This document shows positions 38,527 through 48,130 of a stretch of DNA of 64,000 bases, one piece after another. The position numbers were made by a program, and so were the translations under genes. Below the pieces are notes generated by a model. That model did no database searches. It was given only the letters and a program-made list of their open reading frames with translations, and was not told the origin of the DNA. Within the stretch, counting starts at the first letter, position 1. The number at the start of each line of letters is the position of its first letter. The DNA is from a virus: IMG/VR virus record IMGVR_UViG_3300027788_001769, positions 64,001 to 128,000 of that record. The stretch is one strand, 5' to 3'.

Positions 38527-40389
38527 TTATCTAAGTTCTTTGATATCGAAAGTTCTAACTCCATCAAGTTGGATAAATCCGTAGAATCTATTGTTAACCA
38601 TTTTCTTAGCGTATCTAGTCATGATACCTTTGATTGGTGCAAAGTTGAACGGGTTATACATTGTTGGTGTTAATTGTAATGGAACGTAAGGTGCGTATAC
38701 GTAACCAGTATCAAGTAAAGAAGTTCCTTTGTGTCCTACCAAACATCCGTTTGCTGGGAAGTAAGGGTCTCTATATACTGTATATCTACCACCTAAAGTA
38801 CCGATTTTTTCAATACCCATGTTATATTGGTCTTGGTCTGGAGAAGCGTTAGACACGTGGAAGTATTCTAAATCATCAAAGATTGCAGAAACTTCAGAAG
38901 AACAAACAATCCAGTTAGCCCCACCTCTCAACGTAGATTTGTGAATCTGTGCTGATAATTGGTTAATAGCTGTAATTAATGTTTGGTTCCAGTCTTTTTG
39001 AGTGTAAGGAGCTTGACCAGCTGCGAATCTCTTCCAACCGTTGTAGTCCCATCTCAATCTCCATGCTGCACCTTTTCTAAGGTCTAATAAAATTTCCCTG
39101 TCGATTTCAGCAGCAACTTCTTCAGAAAGTAAAGCTGTTAATTCAGCTTCAGCATCAATGTTGTGGAATGCAGAAACGTCTTGTGCTAATTCCGGTGACC
39201 ACTGAGCTCTTAATTTTCTTTCAGTAACAGAAACCGTTACAGAATCTAAATCAAAAGAAACTTCAGCAAGTTCCGTAGAGAATTCTAAATCTTCATATTG
39301 TCTCCATACTCCTGTAAATGTACCTGTGTTAGCGTTAAAAGCGTTACTACCAGCAACGATATCACTACCCATAAACCATCCACCCATGTAACCATCTGGT
39401 GAATCACAAGAAATACATGCTGGACATGAAGTATCTAATTCGATGTAAATTTCACCTGCAGTATCACAAAGATTATCGAACTTACCACCTGGAAGTGCGT
39501 TAGTTGTTTGAGTTCCGTAGTCTACAATACCTTTACCATATTTTTGAGTTACAACTCTAAATGGTATGTGAGTTTTGTTAGCTTCAACAGTTTTTGTAGT
39601 TGCCGTATTTGAACAACAGAAAATGTCGTCATTAGCAACAAAATAAAGTGAACCTAAGAATTCCTCAGTATCCATTTCATTACCACTTGGTCCAGATAAT
39701 TTACCAGCTCCTAATCCCCAGAAACCTCCAAGTTTAATGATAAGTCCTCTTACACCACCTTGGTTGTTAGAACCACAATTAGTGTTACCAGATACACCAG
39801 CACCGTTTTCTCCAAGTACCTCAACTAGTTCACCGTTATTGTTAGTGTTCCATGCTACAGATTTAGCAACACTTGTTACACCTGTATAAGCTCCTTTAGA
39901 CCTGTCCCATAGACCTTGTCCGTCTGCATAATATTGGTCATATAAGTCAACACTATCAAATTGAGTGTTTGAGTTACCAAATGCTCCACCTTGTGGATTA
40001 TAATGTCCTTCACCAGCTGCTAATGGTTCGTTACCTACTACACCAGCTCTTCTAGATGAAATTTTAGGTACAAAGTAGAACAATTTACCAATTGGTAAGT
40101 TCATAGCTTGTACAGAAACGATATCGTTTGCCAATAATTTAGAGAATACTCTCCTTACGATTGGAAATACTACAGTTTCAAAAGAACCTGACGCATCTGC
40201 CGATGTTGCTTCGTTTATTAAATGTGTTGCTTGATTTTCGTATAATTGAGCGATGTTCTCTCTAGTGTGACCTTTAAGTCCTTCTAGAAATCCTAACTTG
40301 TCCCATTTACCGATGGTATCTTCACGGATAACTTTAAGGTGTTTTAACCCAATGTTTCCGACCATACCTGATTCTAATAATGCTCCCAT
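38527..40389 (-). CDS. major capsid protein (T4 gp23-like)
   Basis: VRRVF..L.ANDIVSVQAMNLPIGKLFY, RKLRAQWSPELAQD..AFHNIDAEAELT.LLSEE.AAEIDREI, YAPYVPL, GIMTRYA. Confidence 0.95.
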   Translation of the reverse strand: MGALLESGMVGNIGLKHLKVIREDTIGKWDKLGFLEGLKGHTRENIAQLYENQATHLINEATSADASGSFETVVFPIVRRVFSKLLANDIVSVQAMNLPIGKLFYFVPKISSRRAGVVGNEPLAAGEGHYNPQGGAFGNSNTQFDSVDLYDQYYADGQGLWDRSKGAYTGVTSVAKSVAWNTNNNGELVEVLGENGAGVSGNTNCGSNNQGGVRGLIIKLGGFWGLGAGKLSGPSGNEMDTEEFLGSLYFVANDDIFCCSNTATTKTVEANKTHIPFRVVTQKYGKGIVDYGTQTTNALPGGKFDNLCDTAGEIYIELDTSCPACISCDSPDGYMGGWFMGSDIVAGSNAFNANTGTFTGVWRQYEDLEFSTELAEVSFDLDSVTVSVTERKLRAQWSPELAQDVSAFHNIDAEAELTALLSEEVAAEIDREILLDLRKGAAWRLRWDYNGWKRFAAGQAPYTQKDWNQTLITAINQLSAQIHKSTLRGGANWIVCSSEVSAIFDDLEYFHVSNASPDQDQYNMGIEKIGTLGGRYTVYRDPYFPANGCLVGHKGTSLLDTGYVYAPYVPLQLTPTMYNPFNFAPIKGIMTRYAKKMVNNRFYGFIQLDGVRTFDIKELR

Positions 40390-40423
40390 AATTTGTTATT
40401 TTTTTTTTTGGTTGTTTATTTTA

Positions 40424-41773
40424 TTATAATTTAGCCATTATATCTTTCATTCTCGCAATTTGTGGATTAACATACGTTTTCGATTCAATCAAATTCGTAG
40501 AAGACCCCTTCTTTGGAGATTTAGAAATGGTTTTTTGAATTGATTCAGTAATAGACTTAGTCTTAACTGACAATTCACTGTTTAGCTGTTTGTAAAGACC
40601 TTTACTTTCATTTAAAGTCTCAACATTATCAAAACGTCTTAAAACATTAATTTTTTCTTGTTTTGACGTTGTATGTTCAGTAAATAATTTTGTAGAGTAA
40701 GCTAGATTAGCGTTAAACACAGCTACCTCATTAATTTTATCTCTAAACATCGTCAAAGCTTTTTTATAATCTTTGTTTTTGTTTTTATAATTTTGATTTT
40801 CATTTTTCAAAGACTCAAGAACTAATTCTTGTTTTTTTAATCTTTTATTTAAAGTTGCTACAGACTCTCTAAGGTTTCTATTATTAGTGACTGGTTTGTA
40901 TGATTGTCCCTTTGGTGCGTAACCATTAGAACCTCTTCTACCAAAACCTAAAGTACGAGATGCTTCTTTATAGTCTTTACGACTTCTAGATTCATCTCCT
41001 TTATTACCACCATATTTAGCTCTCTCAGAATAATCTCTTTTACTCCTGGATTCGTCTCCTTTGTTACCCCCGTATTTAGCTCTCTCAGAATAATCTCTTT
41101 TACTTCGAGATTCGTCTCCTTTGTTGCCTCCATACTTTGCTGTTTCAGAGTAATCTTTTTTACTTTTAGATTCGTCTCCTTTGTTTCCACCATAAGGTTG
41201 GTCTTCATCCATCTCAATTTCATAGATTGTTTCGTCGTCCATTTCTTCCATTTCCATGTCGTCCATTTCCATAACATCTATATCGTCATCCATAGTTTCC
41301 CCCATCTCCTCATCAGTTTCGTTCATTTCAACTCTGTATTCGGTACCCGCTTCTTGGTCTTCAATATTAATAGTGTTGTCATCTTGTGTGACAATAACAC
41401 CATCATCTGAACCCATAGCTTTGAATACTTTCATTACTTCGTCGTCTGATGCACCCGTTAAATCAAGAGTGTCTTCAAAGTCATCCATCATACCGATAGA
41501 TACCATTTCATCTTCTGAATCAGGTTCCCCAACTTCATCATCCATATCCAACATATCTTCTACGTCTTCCATGTCTAAATCTTCTAAGTCGTCAACCTCT
41601 TCTTCATCGTTTATTTCTAAATCTTCTACGTCTTCTTGTAGTGATTCTTTTACTAACTCCTCAATTTCTTGTTTCATAGTTGAAGCAAGTATTTCTTTTG
41701 CATTAGATTTAACAGCTTCTTCTAGCTGTTTAGCCTCTAGGAGGGCTTGTTCAAGAACTGAATTTTTTGCCAT
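40424..41773 (-). CDS. prohead core scaffolding protein (gp22-like)
   Basis: Acidic and coiled-coil; lies between protease and capsid genes; C-terminal NEV..FNANLAY..KLF. Confidence 0.75.
   Translation of the reverse strand: MAKNSVLEQALLEAKQLEEAVKSNAKEILASTMKQEIEELVKESLQEDVEDLEINDEEEVDDLEDLDMEDVEDMLDMDDEVGEPDSEDEMVSIGMMDDFEDTLDLTGASDDEVMKVFKAMGSDDGVIVTQDDNTINIEDQEAGTEYRVEMNETDEEMGETMDDDIDVMEMDDMEMEEMDDETIYEIEMDEDQPYGGNKGDESKSKKDYSETAKYGGNKGDESRSKRDYSERAKYGGNKGDESRSKRDYSERAKYGGNKGDESRSRKDYKEASRTLGFGRRGSNGYAPKGQSYKPVTNNRNLRESVATLNKRLKKQELVLESLKNENQNYKNKNKDYKKALTMFRDKINEVAVFNANLAYSTKLFTEHTTSKQEKINVLRRFDNVETLNESKGLYKQLNSELSVKTKSITESIQKTISKSPKKGSSTNLIESKTYVNPQIARMKDIMAKL
40970..41194 (-). repeat. 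coding tandem repeat, 60-bp unit, about 3.7 copies
   Basis: Encodes YGGNKGDES(R/K)S(K/R)(K/R)DYSE(R/T)AK; nucleotide differences fall mostly at third codon positions. Confidence 0.92.
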
Positions 41774-41815
41774 ATTTTTTGTATTAGCTAATTTTTTCTG
41801 TGTTTATTATACTCC

Positions 41816-41823
41816 AATAAATA
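41816..41823 (-). promoter_or_regulatory. putative late promoter TATTTATT
   Basis: Upstream of the scaffold-capsid operon. Confidence 0.55.
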
Positions 41824-41872
41824 TATTATTTAAGTAAAAAAGTCTTTTTATTATTTTATAAAAAAGAATTTT

Positions 41873-42586
41873 TTATAATCCGCTTAAATAACTATCGAGT
41901 TTATTCATTAATTTTAATGATGGGTTTAACATTTTTGATGTATTTTCTGAATTATCTGGTTCATCTAATGACTCATCGTATAACTCTTTTTCATCTAAAT
42001 CCTTAAATAAATATGCCCCTGGTGTGGAAGGGGACGAAACTAAATCAAAACAAATTAATTCAAAATCATCCTGTACCATATTTTTACCGTTTTCTTTCTT
42101 TAAAGACCCAACCCCTCTAGACGATATACCTAAGGTAACTCCACGTCTAAGTAAGTTTGCTGCGATATCCCCCATACAACTAATCACACCACTCTTATGG
42201 TAAGCTGGGGAAGTTAAAATTTCTATTTTACCCATTAGTGTTCCACCATCCCAAAAAGTCTCAGTAATTCTATGAGATGCCCTCTCAAGGTCCACTAAAG
42301 ATGATTCTGGGTGATTTAACTCTGAAAGAGCTCTTCCTTGTTTTATAAGGTCTTGATATCTATCTACCTCCCTTTTTAATATCTCTTCTGGGTAAACTCT
42401 ACCATTTCTATTTTCCACACCTGATTTTTGAAGTATAGCATAAAAATTAATAGGCCCTTCTTGGACAACATCCCCCTTCATTTCTCTTATTATTTTTTTA
42501 TTCCTACTTTCTGAAGGGGAGATATGACCGGCATCATACTCAATTAATAATCCTGTCCCTAAATTGCCTGGTTTTACTATATTCAT
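41873..42586 (-). CDS. prohead core protease (T4 gp21-like, S77 family)
   Basis: Q..GVENRNGRVYP, ALSELNHP, ASH, LGISSRGVGSL, FELICFDLVSSPSTPGAY; start probably MNIVKPG at 42586. Confidence 0.92.
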   Translation of the reverse strand: MNIVKPGNLGTGLLIEYDAGHISPSESRNKKIIREMKGDVVQEGPINFYAILQKSGVENRNGRVYPEEILKREVDRYQDLIKQGRALSELNHPESSLVDLERASHRITETFWDGGTLMGKIEILTSPAYHKSGVISCMGDIAANLLRRGVTLGISSRGVGSLKKENGKNMVQDDFELICFDLVSSPSTPGAYLFKDLDEKELYDESLDEPDNSENTSKMLNPSLKLMNKLDSYLSGL

Positions 42587-42601
42587 ATCTTGTGGTTTTA
42601 T

Positions 42602-42609
42602 TATAAATA
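42602..42609 (-). promoter_or_regulatory. putative late promoter TATTTATA
   Basis: 15 nt upstream of the protease start. Confidence 0.6.
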
Positions 42610-42659
42610 CAATTCTACCAAGAAAACACACACACAATCCCACGTATAAATTTTTAAGC

Positions 42660-42688
42660 AAAAAAAAAGCCTAGTTAAAGACTTTTTA
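42660..42688 (-). terminator. possible rho-independent terminator
   Basis: Minus strand aaaaagtct-ttaact-aggc followed by a long T tract (stem with a G-U pair). Confidence 0.5.
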
Positions 42689-42718
42689 TTTTAAGGAATA
42701 AGTTTATGTAATTTTTAT

Positions 42719-43156
42719 TTATTTTGTTTTTGTAAAATGAAATTCTGAACTATCTTTAAATATATCAGTAAGTAAATTACTAGTGATATTTGTTACGTTC
42801 CCCATGACCTCCACTGACTTGATACTGTATGGTTGGGTTAGGAATAAAGTTACCTCACAATTCATATAACTTTTTTTACCTGTTTTAATTCCACTAGTCC
42901 TAATGTCTAAATCTATTATATTTTTATTTTTAGTAAAAACTTCTGGATTTATGGATTTGGTTGCAGAAGACACTATTTTTCTTTTTAAAGACCTAACCTT
43001 CCTATCCCAAAAAGAAATGTCGTCATCTTCAATTAATGGTGAAAACCAAGAAGATATATTTATGAACACCGACTTAGGGTTCTTAGTGTCAACACTACCA
43101 TAGTAGGTTTTAAAGTTTGAGTCTATATTGAATTTTACTTGTTTTCCGGCTTTCAT
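42719..43156 (-). CDS. hypothetical phage protein
   Basis: 145 aa with its own upstream promoter. Confidence 0.75.
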   Translation of the reverse strand: MKAGKQVKFNIDSNFKTYYGSVDTKNPKSVFINISSWFSPLIEDDDISFWDRKVRSLKRKIVSSATKSINPEVFTKNKNIIDLDIRTSGIKTGKKSYMNCEVTLFLTQPYSIKSVEVMGNVTNITSNLLTDIFKDSSEFHFTKTK

Positions 43157-43174
43157 ATTTAAATATTTTATACT

Positions 43175-43205
43175 TAAATGTAATACTTTTTAACAGTAAT
43201 GTCAA
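43175..43205 (-). promoter_or_regulatory. host-sigma-type promoter TTGACA-N17-TACATTTA
   Basis: Consensus -35 and 17-nt spacer in the intergenic gap. Confidence 0.6.
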
Positions 43206-43208
43206 AGA

Positions 43209-43499
43209 TTATATATCTTCTTCTTCGTAGTCGTATTCGTGTGTAACAGTTGTGTGCGTAGGTTCTGGTTCTTCCTCTATAACTGTGTCAGTTTTAGGTG
43301 AGAAATTTTCTGCTGCCGTAAACCCTAGACCAGCCATTACAATCCATTGCATAGATTGGAATAAATTCTCTTCTATTGTGAAATCCCAGAATAAATTTGC
43401 TGTATAACCTATTAACATAAACAATAAACAAATAAAGGTAACAAATCTCTTACTAGAAACCTTACCTTCACTACTTAACATATTTTTGAAAAAATCCAT
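43209..43499 (-). CDS. small membrane protein, holin-like (2 TM)
   Basis: SSKRF followed by two hydrophobic segments and an acidic tail. Confidence 0.5.
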   Translation of the reverse strand: MDFFKNMLSSEGKVSSKRFVTFICLLFMLIGYTANLFWDFTIEENLFQSMQWIVMAGLGFTAAENFSPKTDTVIEEEPEPTHTTVTHEYDYEEEDI

Positions 43500-43504
43500 A
43501 ATTT

Positions 43505-44218
43505 TTATTTTAATTCTTCTTTAAGTTTATCTAATTTATATAGTGAAACACCGTCAAGATTTTGACTATCAATTTGACTGATGACAGAGTTTAGTTTACT
43601 TAACATTTCTTTATCTTCACTTGATTCTTTTAGAGAATTTAGTTTCTCCACTACTTCTTTTTTAGAAATGTCAAACTCAGACTTAAGGGTTTTTTTATTT
43701 ATGCCCATATATTTCTTTAAATCTTTTTTGTCTTCTTCACTTAGAGACTCATATTTTTTATTAAATTTTGTGGTAGCTAAAGTACTTAGTATCGATGTTG
43801 ATACGGTTTCGGTTATTTTAAAACCAGTTTCCTCTCTTGTTAAATGTTCAATTAACTTACGTTTGTTTAGTATATTTTTTTCTAGAGACATTACAGACTC
43901 ATTAAAAATTAAACTATCTAGTTTTGAGTAAATTTTATTTAAAAAGCTTTCACTTAATTCTTTAATTACAGGAATTCTTAAATTTTTCTTTTTACTCTTT
44001 AAAGTATTAATAACAGTGTTAAGGTATTCCTCCGCTAATTTTTTATCGTCAAATCTTTTATTCTCTATTTCACCGTATAGAACAAAAAATTCTCGTGCTA
44101 TTTTATTTTCTCGTAACCCACCCATTAAGTTATGGAAAGATTCTTTAAATAATTTTTTGTTAGTAGCGTATGAACTAACTAATGTTGTAGTTATTGATTG
44201 TTTGTATTTACCGAACAT
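43505..44218 (-). CDS. hypothetical head-module protein
   Basis: 237 aa helical protein downstream of portal; preceded by TATTTATT (44233-44240). Confidence 0.7.
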   Translation of the reverse strand: MFGKYKQSITTTLVSSYATNKKLFKESFHNLMGGLRENKIAREFFVLYGEIENKRFDDKKLAEEYLNTVINTLKSKKKNLRIPVIKELSESFLNKIYSKLDSLIFNESVMSLEKNILNKRKLIEHLTREETGFKITETVSTSILSTLATTKFNKKYESLSEEDKKDLKKYMGINKKTLKSEFDISKKEVVEKLNSLKESSEDKEMLSKLNSVISQIDSQNLDGVSLYKLDKLKEELK

Positions 44219-44241
44219 AGTGATATTTTATTAATAAATAT

Positions 44242-46044
44242 CTAGTCTTTAAGTAAATCTTCTAATTTTTTACTTACTTCACTTAGAGTATTACCACCCT
44301 TAACAATATATGCACTATTATTGTTATTTTTACTCTCCAATATTAAAGGTAATTTAGATTTATCTATAGATGCGGTTTGTAAGTCAGGTAAGTCACCTTC
44401 TTCTGGTGGTGTTTCATCCATACCTGTTTCTAACCCAGTGTCTGAAGGACTTTCTATCTCACCACCAGCTGCGGCTGCCTCGGCACCATCATCATCTGGT
44501 GCGTCACCATATAATTTATCTATGTTAGCAAATAATCCAGTAGATTTTATTATCGTTGATGTTTGGTTTAATTCTTCACCAACAGCTTTCTCAATTCTTT
44601 GTTGTTGTAAGTCTAACTTTATTTCTTCATCTGAAAAACCTAATACGTTCTTTTTAGCCCATGTTGCTGAAACAGGTAATATTCCACTACCCGAGTCAGT
44701 AGTTGCATCTCTGTAAAGCGTTATCTTTTCTTTCCACGCCTCAATCTTTAACAACTCCGATTGTGTGGATGGGTTGGTTAAACCAAGAGTAAAGTTTTCT
44801 AATTCATCTTCAAAACCTAACATATATAAATGAATGATAGCTATTTTGTTTAGTTCTTGTACCATAGATTTTTGTATTCTATTAATACTTCTAGCGAATC
44901 TAATATCTTGTATTGCCAAATTTTTCCCCTCACCAACCACATCTTCAAACCCTAAAAAAGCCTTAGGTATTCTCAGCGCAGCTAAAAGTTTTTTCTGAAT
45001 ATACTCTATATCGGCTATTTCACTTAGATTTTGAGCTCCTGGTAAGGTATCTATCGGGTTTGGTGAGTTAGGGTCTCTAACTGGTATAAAATAGTCTTGG
45101 TCAACAGCCATTTGATTATACCTTAAATCCACATTACCAGTATCGTTATCAACAATAGGGTCCCTTTTAAATTTATTGGCAATTCTTTGTACATATGGTT
45201 CAACATCCTTATCATCCATATTACCCACATACACTTTAAATACTCTTCTTTCAGGTGCTCTAGAAGTTCTATAAATTAACATTGCGTCTTCCGCTAAAAG
45301 TAATTGTTTCCATATACGTCTACATTTCTCTAACATGGAAGTACCATAAGGCAATCTTCTATCGTCAGATAAAATTCTAAAGTGAGCAACTTCCCAAGTA
45401 TTAAATTCCATATCCTTAGGTTTCCAAGCAAACTTTACCTCTCTCTCTTCGTCTGTTTGGTCTGTCCTATACTGAACCACTTTAGTTCCTTTCTCAACTC
45501 TTTCAATCTCTATATTAACTAACTGACTTGCACCCACAATACCTTTCTTAGGGTCTAATTTTAAATAAACAAAATTATCACCATACTTACACGTATTACG
45601 AGTCCACATAGGTAGATTAGTTTCTATGTCTAAAATATTGTTAAATAAATCACCTAAAATACTTTTTATCCTTTTAGATTCTGAGTATATGTTTAACATA
45701 AAACCTCTTTCACCTATAGTACAACATTCTTCAGCCATTATATCTAAAGCAGCCGAAATTTCTGGTGTAAATTCCATTGATTCGTAATCGTAATATGAAG
45801 CCATTCTTGTTGGTTCGTAATAAACAGCTTGGGAGTATAAATTACTTTCTACCTTAGACCACTGGTCTTTTAAATATGTGGCTTGTTGCCCTTGTAATTT
45901 TTCTGATTCATATTCTTTTTTATCTTTAGTCCTTAAAAGTTGTTTTTTGTCAAAAGCATAGGATTTAGAATCGGGAGCTGGTGCTCCAGCTGCCCCAAAT
46001 AGTTGGGTTAGTCTTTGAAATACTGTTAAATTGTTTTGTGCCAT
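44242..46044 (-). CDS. portal protein (T4 gp20-like)
   Basis: M...PEI.AALD, KYGD.F, YGTS.LE..R.IWKQL.L.EDAMLIYR..RAPERRVF, DYFIP.R, I.TLPG, DI.Y...KL..AL.IP. Confidence 0.93.
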   Translation of the reverse strand: MAQNNLTVFQRLTQLFGAAGAPAPDSKSYAFDKKQLLRTKDKKEYESEKLQGQQATYLKDQWSKVESNLYSQAVYYEPTRMASYYDYESMEFTPEISAALDIMAEECCTIGERGFMLNIYSESKRIKSILGDLFNNILDIETNLPMWTRNTCKYGDNFVYLKLDPKKGIVGASQLVNIEIERVEKGTKVVQYRTDQTDEEREVKFAWKPKDMEFNTWEVAHFRILSDDRRLPYGTSMLEKCRRIWKQLLLAEDAMLIYRTSRAPERRVFKVYVGNMDDKDVEPYVQRIANKFKRDPIVDNDTGNVDLRYNQMAVDQDYFIPVRDPNSPNPIDTLPGAQNLSEIADIEYIQKKLLAALRIPKAFLGFEDVVGEGKNLAIQDIRFARSINRIQKSMVQELNKIAIIHLYMLGFEDELENFTLGLTNPSTQSELLKIEAWKEKITLYRDATTDSGSGILPVSATWAKKNVLGFSDEEIKLDLQQQRIEKAVGEELNQTSTIIKSTGLFANIDKLYGDAPDDDGAEAAAAGGEIESPSDTGLETGMDETPPEEGDLPDLQTASIDKSKLPLILESKNNNNSAYIVKGGNTLSEVSKKLEDLLKD

Positions 46045-46048
46045 TTTC

Positions 46049-46078
46049 TAAATATAAACTTTATATGTTATTTGTCAA
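46049..46078 (-). promoter_or_regulatory. host-sigma-type promoter TTGACA-N16-TATATTTA
   Basis: Immediately upstream of the portal ATG. Confidence 0.45.
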
Positions 46079-46082
46079 CCTA

Positions 46083-46376
46083 TTAGTCAACATACTCACA
46101 CCTTACATATGCTGGAACTACCGTTGGTTCACATTGTCCACCCCACACGTAAGTCACACAATTGTCCACTGTTTTCCCTTCACAGGTTTCACAACAATTT
46201 TTTATAGTTTTTAACGCGGCCTTTTGAGCTTTAGATGTAAAGTCAGGTTCAAAAGGTCTCCACGCGTAGACTGTCTGATATAGAGCTTGTCTTAGTAGTT
46301 TTCCAGATTTTTTTCTGGTTCCACCCCAACTAGGTCCAAAATTACTAATACTATCACTTTTTCTTGCTAATGCCAT
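46083..46376 (-). CDS. small Cys-rich hypothetical protein
   Basis: 97 aa between terminase and portal; CCETC...C...C...C. Confidence 0.65.
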   Translation of the reverse strand: MALARKSDSISNFGPSWGGTRKKSGKLLRQALYQTVYAWRPFEPDFTSKAQKAALKTIKNCCETCEGKTVDNCVTYVWGGQCEPTVVPAYVRCEYVD

Positions 46377-46380
46377 AATT

Positions 46381-48096
46381 CTATTTTAATCCACTTAACA
46401 ACCATAAATAGTCTTTAGGGTTGTTTGAGTTAGGTGGTAATCCTTGTGCTGATACTCTTCCCGGTGAAAATACCGGTTTATTGTCGTTTCTAAATTTATT
46501 TTCGTCTGTTGACCAAGCATCTAACATAGCTTTTGTCTGTTCTACACTATTCTTTAATTGTGTAAATGAGTTTTGGGCTATATACAAAGCCATAGCTATT
46601 GACATGATAAGGTCATCATGGGCTCCCTTCATATGGTCTGGTCTTCCATTTATGTAGACAAAAGTTTTAAACTCATTAAACAGTCTCCTAGAGCGAATTT
46701 TAAATCCAGTCCTTAGTTGTTCCTCTAAAGCTTGTACTATCTGTACTCTTTTATTGTTAAAATTTAAACCTGGGGTTTTCTCTGATTGATTGAACTTCCA
46801 AGTCTCAGTAGATTTAACACCTTCATAATATAAATCTTTATAACCCAACTCCAACATTTTTCTAGAAGTAGCTACCCCCATACCACCAGTAATATCTATA
46901 ACCACAAAGCAACTATATTTAACAGCCCATTTATGAGCTAACTCTGCCGCTATATCTGGTGGTACTTTACCTAAATACTCAGCTACCTGTTCTCCCTCGT
47001 CAAAATCAATAATAACAAAACCAGTAGAATCTTCACTATCACCTCTAGAAACATCTATACCCATAATGTATTTATGTCCTTCTACGGGTGGTTTCCAAAT
47101 CCATACACTATTACCCAACCATTTTTCTGTAGGTTCCCTAATGTCTTTTTCAATAGTGTCTAATGTTTCCGTAGGTATTACATTATCCCCAGAACCTAAA
47201 AAAGCACACTCTAACTCCTGTGATATTTTCCGTCTATCAAACTTTAGTTTTTTAGCCATCTCCTCAAACCAGTAAGAACATGGTTTATACCCTTTCTCTA
47301 TTAATAATTCATAAGTGTCAGGTTTTACAGTTTTTAATACTTCGCTTTCATTGTACTCATCTCTATTAAGTAAAAAATGTACAATGTCTTTAGTTTTAAC
47401 AAAATATAGGTCTTCGGTAAATCTTGGGTCTCTGTACCAAACTAACCTACTAATTTTAAAATTATTTAATTCTCTAATGGATTGGTCAAACACTTCATAA
47501 TATATAGAATCAAAACCGTTAGGTGTTGATATCACTATTACTTTACCACCAGTAGCTAAAGACGCCATACATGCTGCCCATAAATCTTGACCCGTCTCTA
47601 TGTAGGCTGCCTCATCAAAAATTAATATGGTTGGGGTGTATCCCCTTAGTGCATCGACTGAAGTTGCCACCGCTTTTACCTCAGAACCATTATTTAACCT
47701 ATAGTGTTTTTGTGAATTTTTATCCTTGTCAAATCCAACACTTAACCAGTCTGGCCATTGACGAAGGAACCCTTTAATTTTATTTGCCATTTCTGACGCA
47801 GTATCCAACTTATTAGCCAAAACCAATATCTTTTCTGGTTTATCCTTAGAAGCAAATTGTAGTTTTTTTGAAATCCAAGCTGCTGTTGCTGTTGATACCC
47901 CAGCTTGTCTATATTTTAGAACTATATTGTCGTTATATTCTTCATAATCCTCAATCATTGTTACCTGTTCAGGAAACAATTTAAAAGGAACATAAGAACT
48001 TTTGGTGTTGTCGTAAGTTTCTAAATATGTTTCTAATGCATATGGGGTATCCCCCACACATTTTACATATTCTTTTACTAATTCTTCTCTAGTCAT
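46381..48096 (-). CDS. terminase large subunit (T4 gp17-like)
   Basis: LKYRQAGVST (Walker A variant), LIFDEAA (Walker B), ISTPNG, QELEC.F, GIDVSRG.SEDS, HDDLIM. Confidence 0.95.
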   Translation of the reverse strand: MTREELVKEYVKCVGDTPYALETYLETYDNTKSSYVPFKLFPEQVTMIEDYEEYNDNIVLKYRQAGVSTATAAWISKKLQFASKDKPEKILVLANKLDTASEMANKIKGFLRQWPDWLSVGFDKDKNSQKHYRLNNGSEVKAVATSVDALRGYTPTILIFDEAAYIETGQDLWAACMASLATGGKVIVISTPNGFDSIYYEVFDQSIRELNNFKISRLVWYRDPRFTEDLYFVKTKDIVHFLLNRDEYNESEVLKTVKPDTYELLIEKGYKPCSYWFEEMAKKLKFDRRKISQELECAFLGSGDNVIPTETLDTIEKDIREPTEKWLGNSVWIWKPPVEGHKYIMGIDVSRGDSEDSTGFVIIDFDEGEQVAEYLGKVPPDIAAELAHKWAVKYSCFVVIDITGGMGVATSRKMLELGYKDLYYEGVKSTETWKFNQSEKTPGLNFNNKRVQIVQALEEQLRTGFKIRSRRLFNEFKTFVYINGRPDHMKGAHDDLIMSIAMALYIAQNSFTQLKNSVEQTKAMLDAWSTDENKFRNDNKPVFSPGRVSAQGLPPNSNNPKDYLWLLSGLK

Positions 48097-48100
48097 ATAC

Positions 48101-48108
48101 TATAAATA
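48101..48108 (-). promoter_or_regulatory. putative late promoter TATTTATA
   Basis: Only 4 nt from the terminase ATG. Confidence 0.55.
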
Positions 48109-48130
48109 TCGACAGAGTTATTATGGGATG

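Noticed and set aside
40970-41194. 60-bp periodic repeat as a CRISPR array
   Set aside because: No unique spacers; it is in frame within the scaffold gene with mostly third-position variation, and no cas genes are present
42587-42661. N-terminal extension of the protease ORF
   Set aside because: It spans a terminator tail and the late motif; ATG at 42586 is more plausible
46381-48096. Intein or intron in terminase, portal or capsid genes
   Set aside because: ORFs are continuous; no intein splice-junction or homing endonuclease motifs were seen
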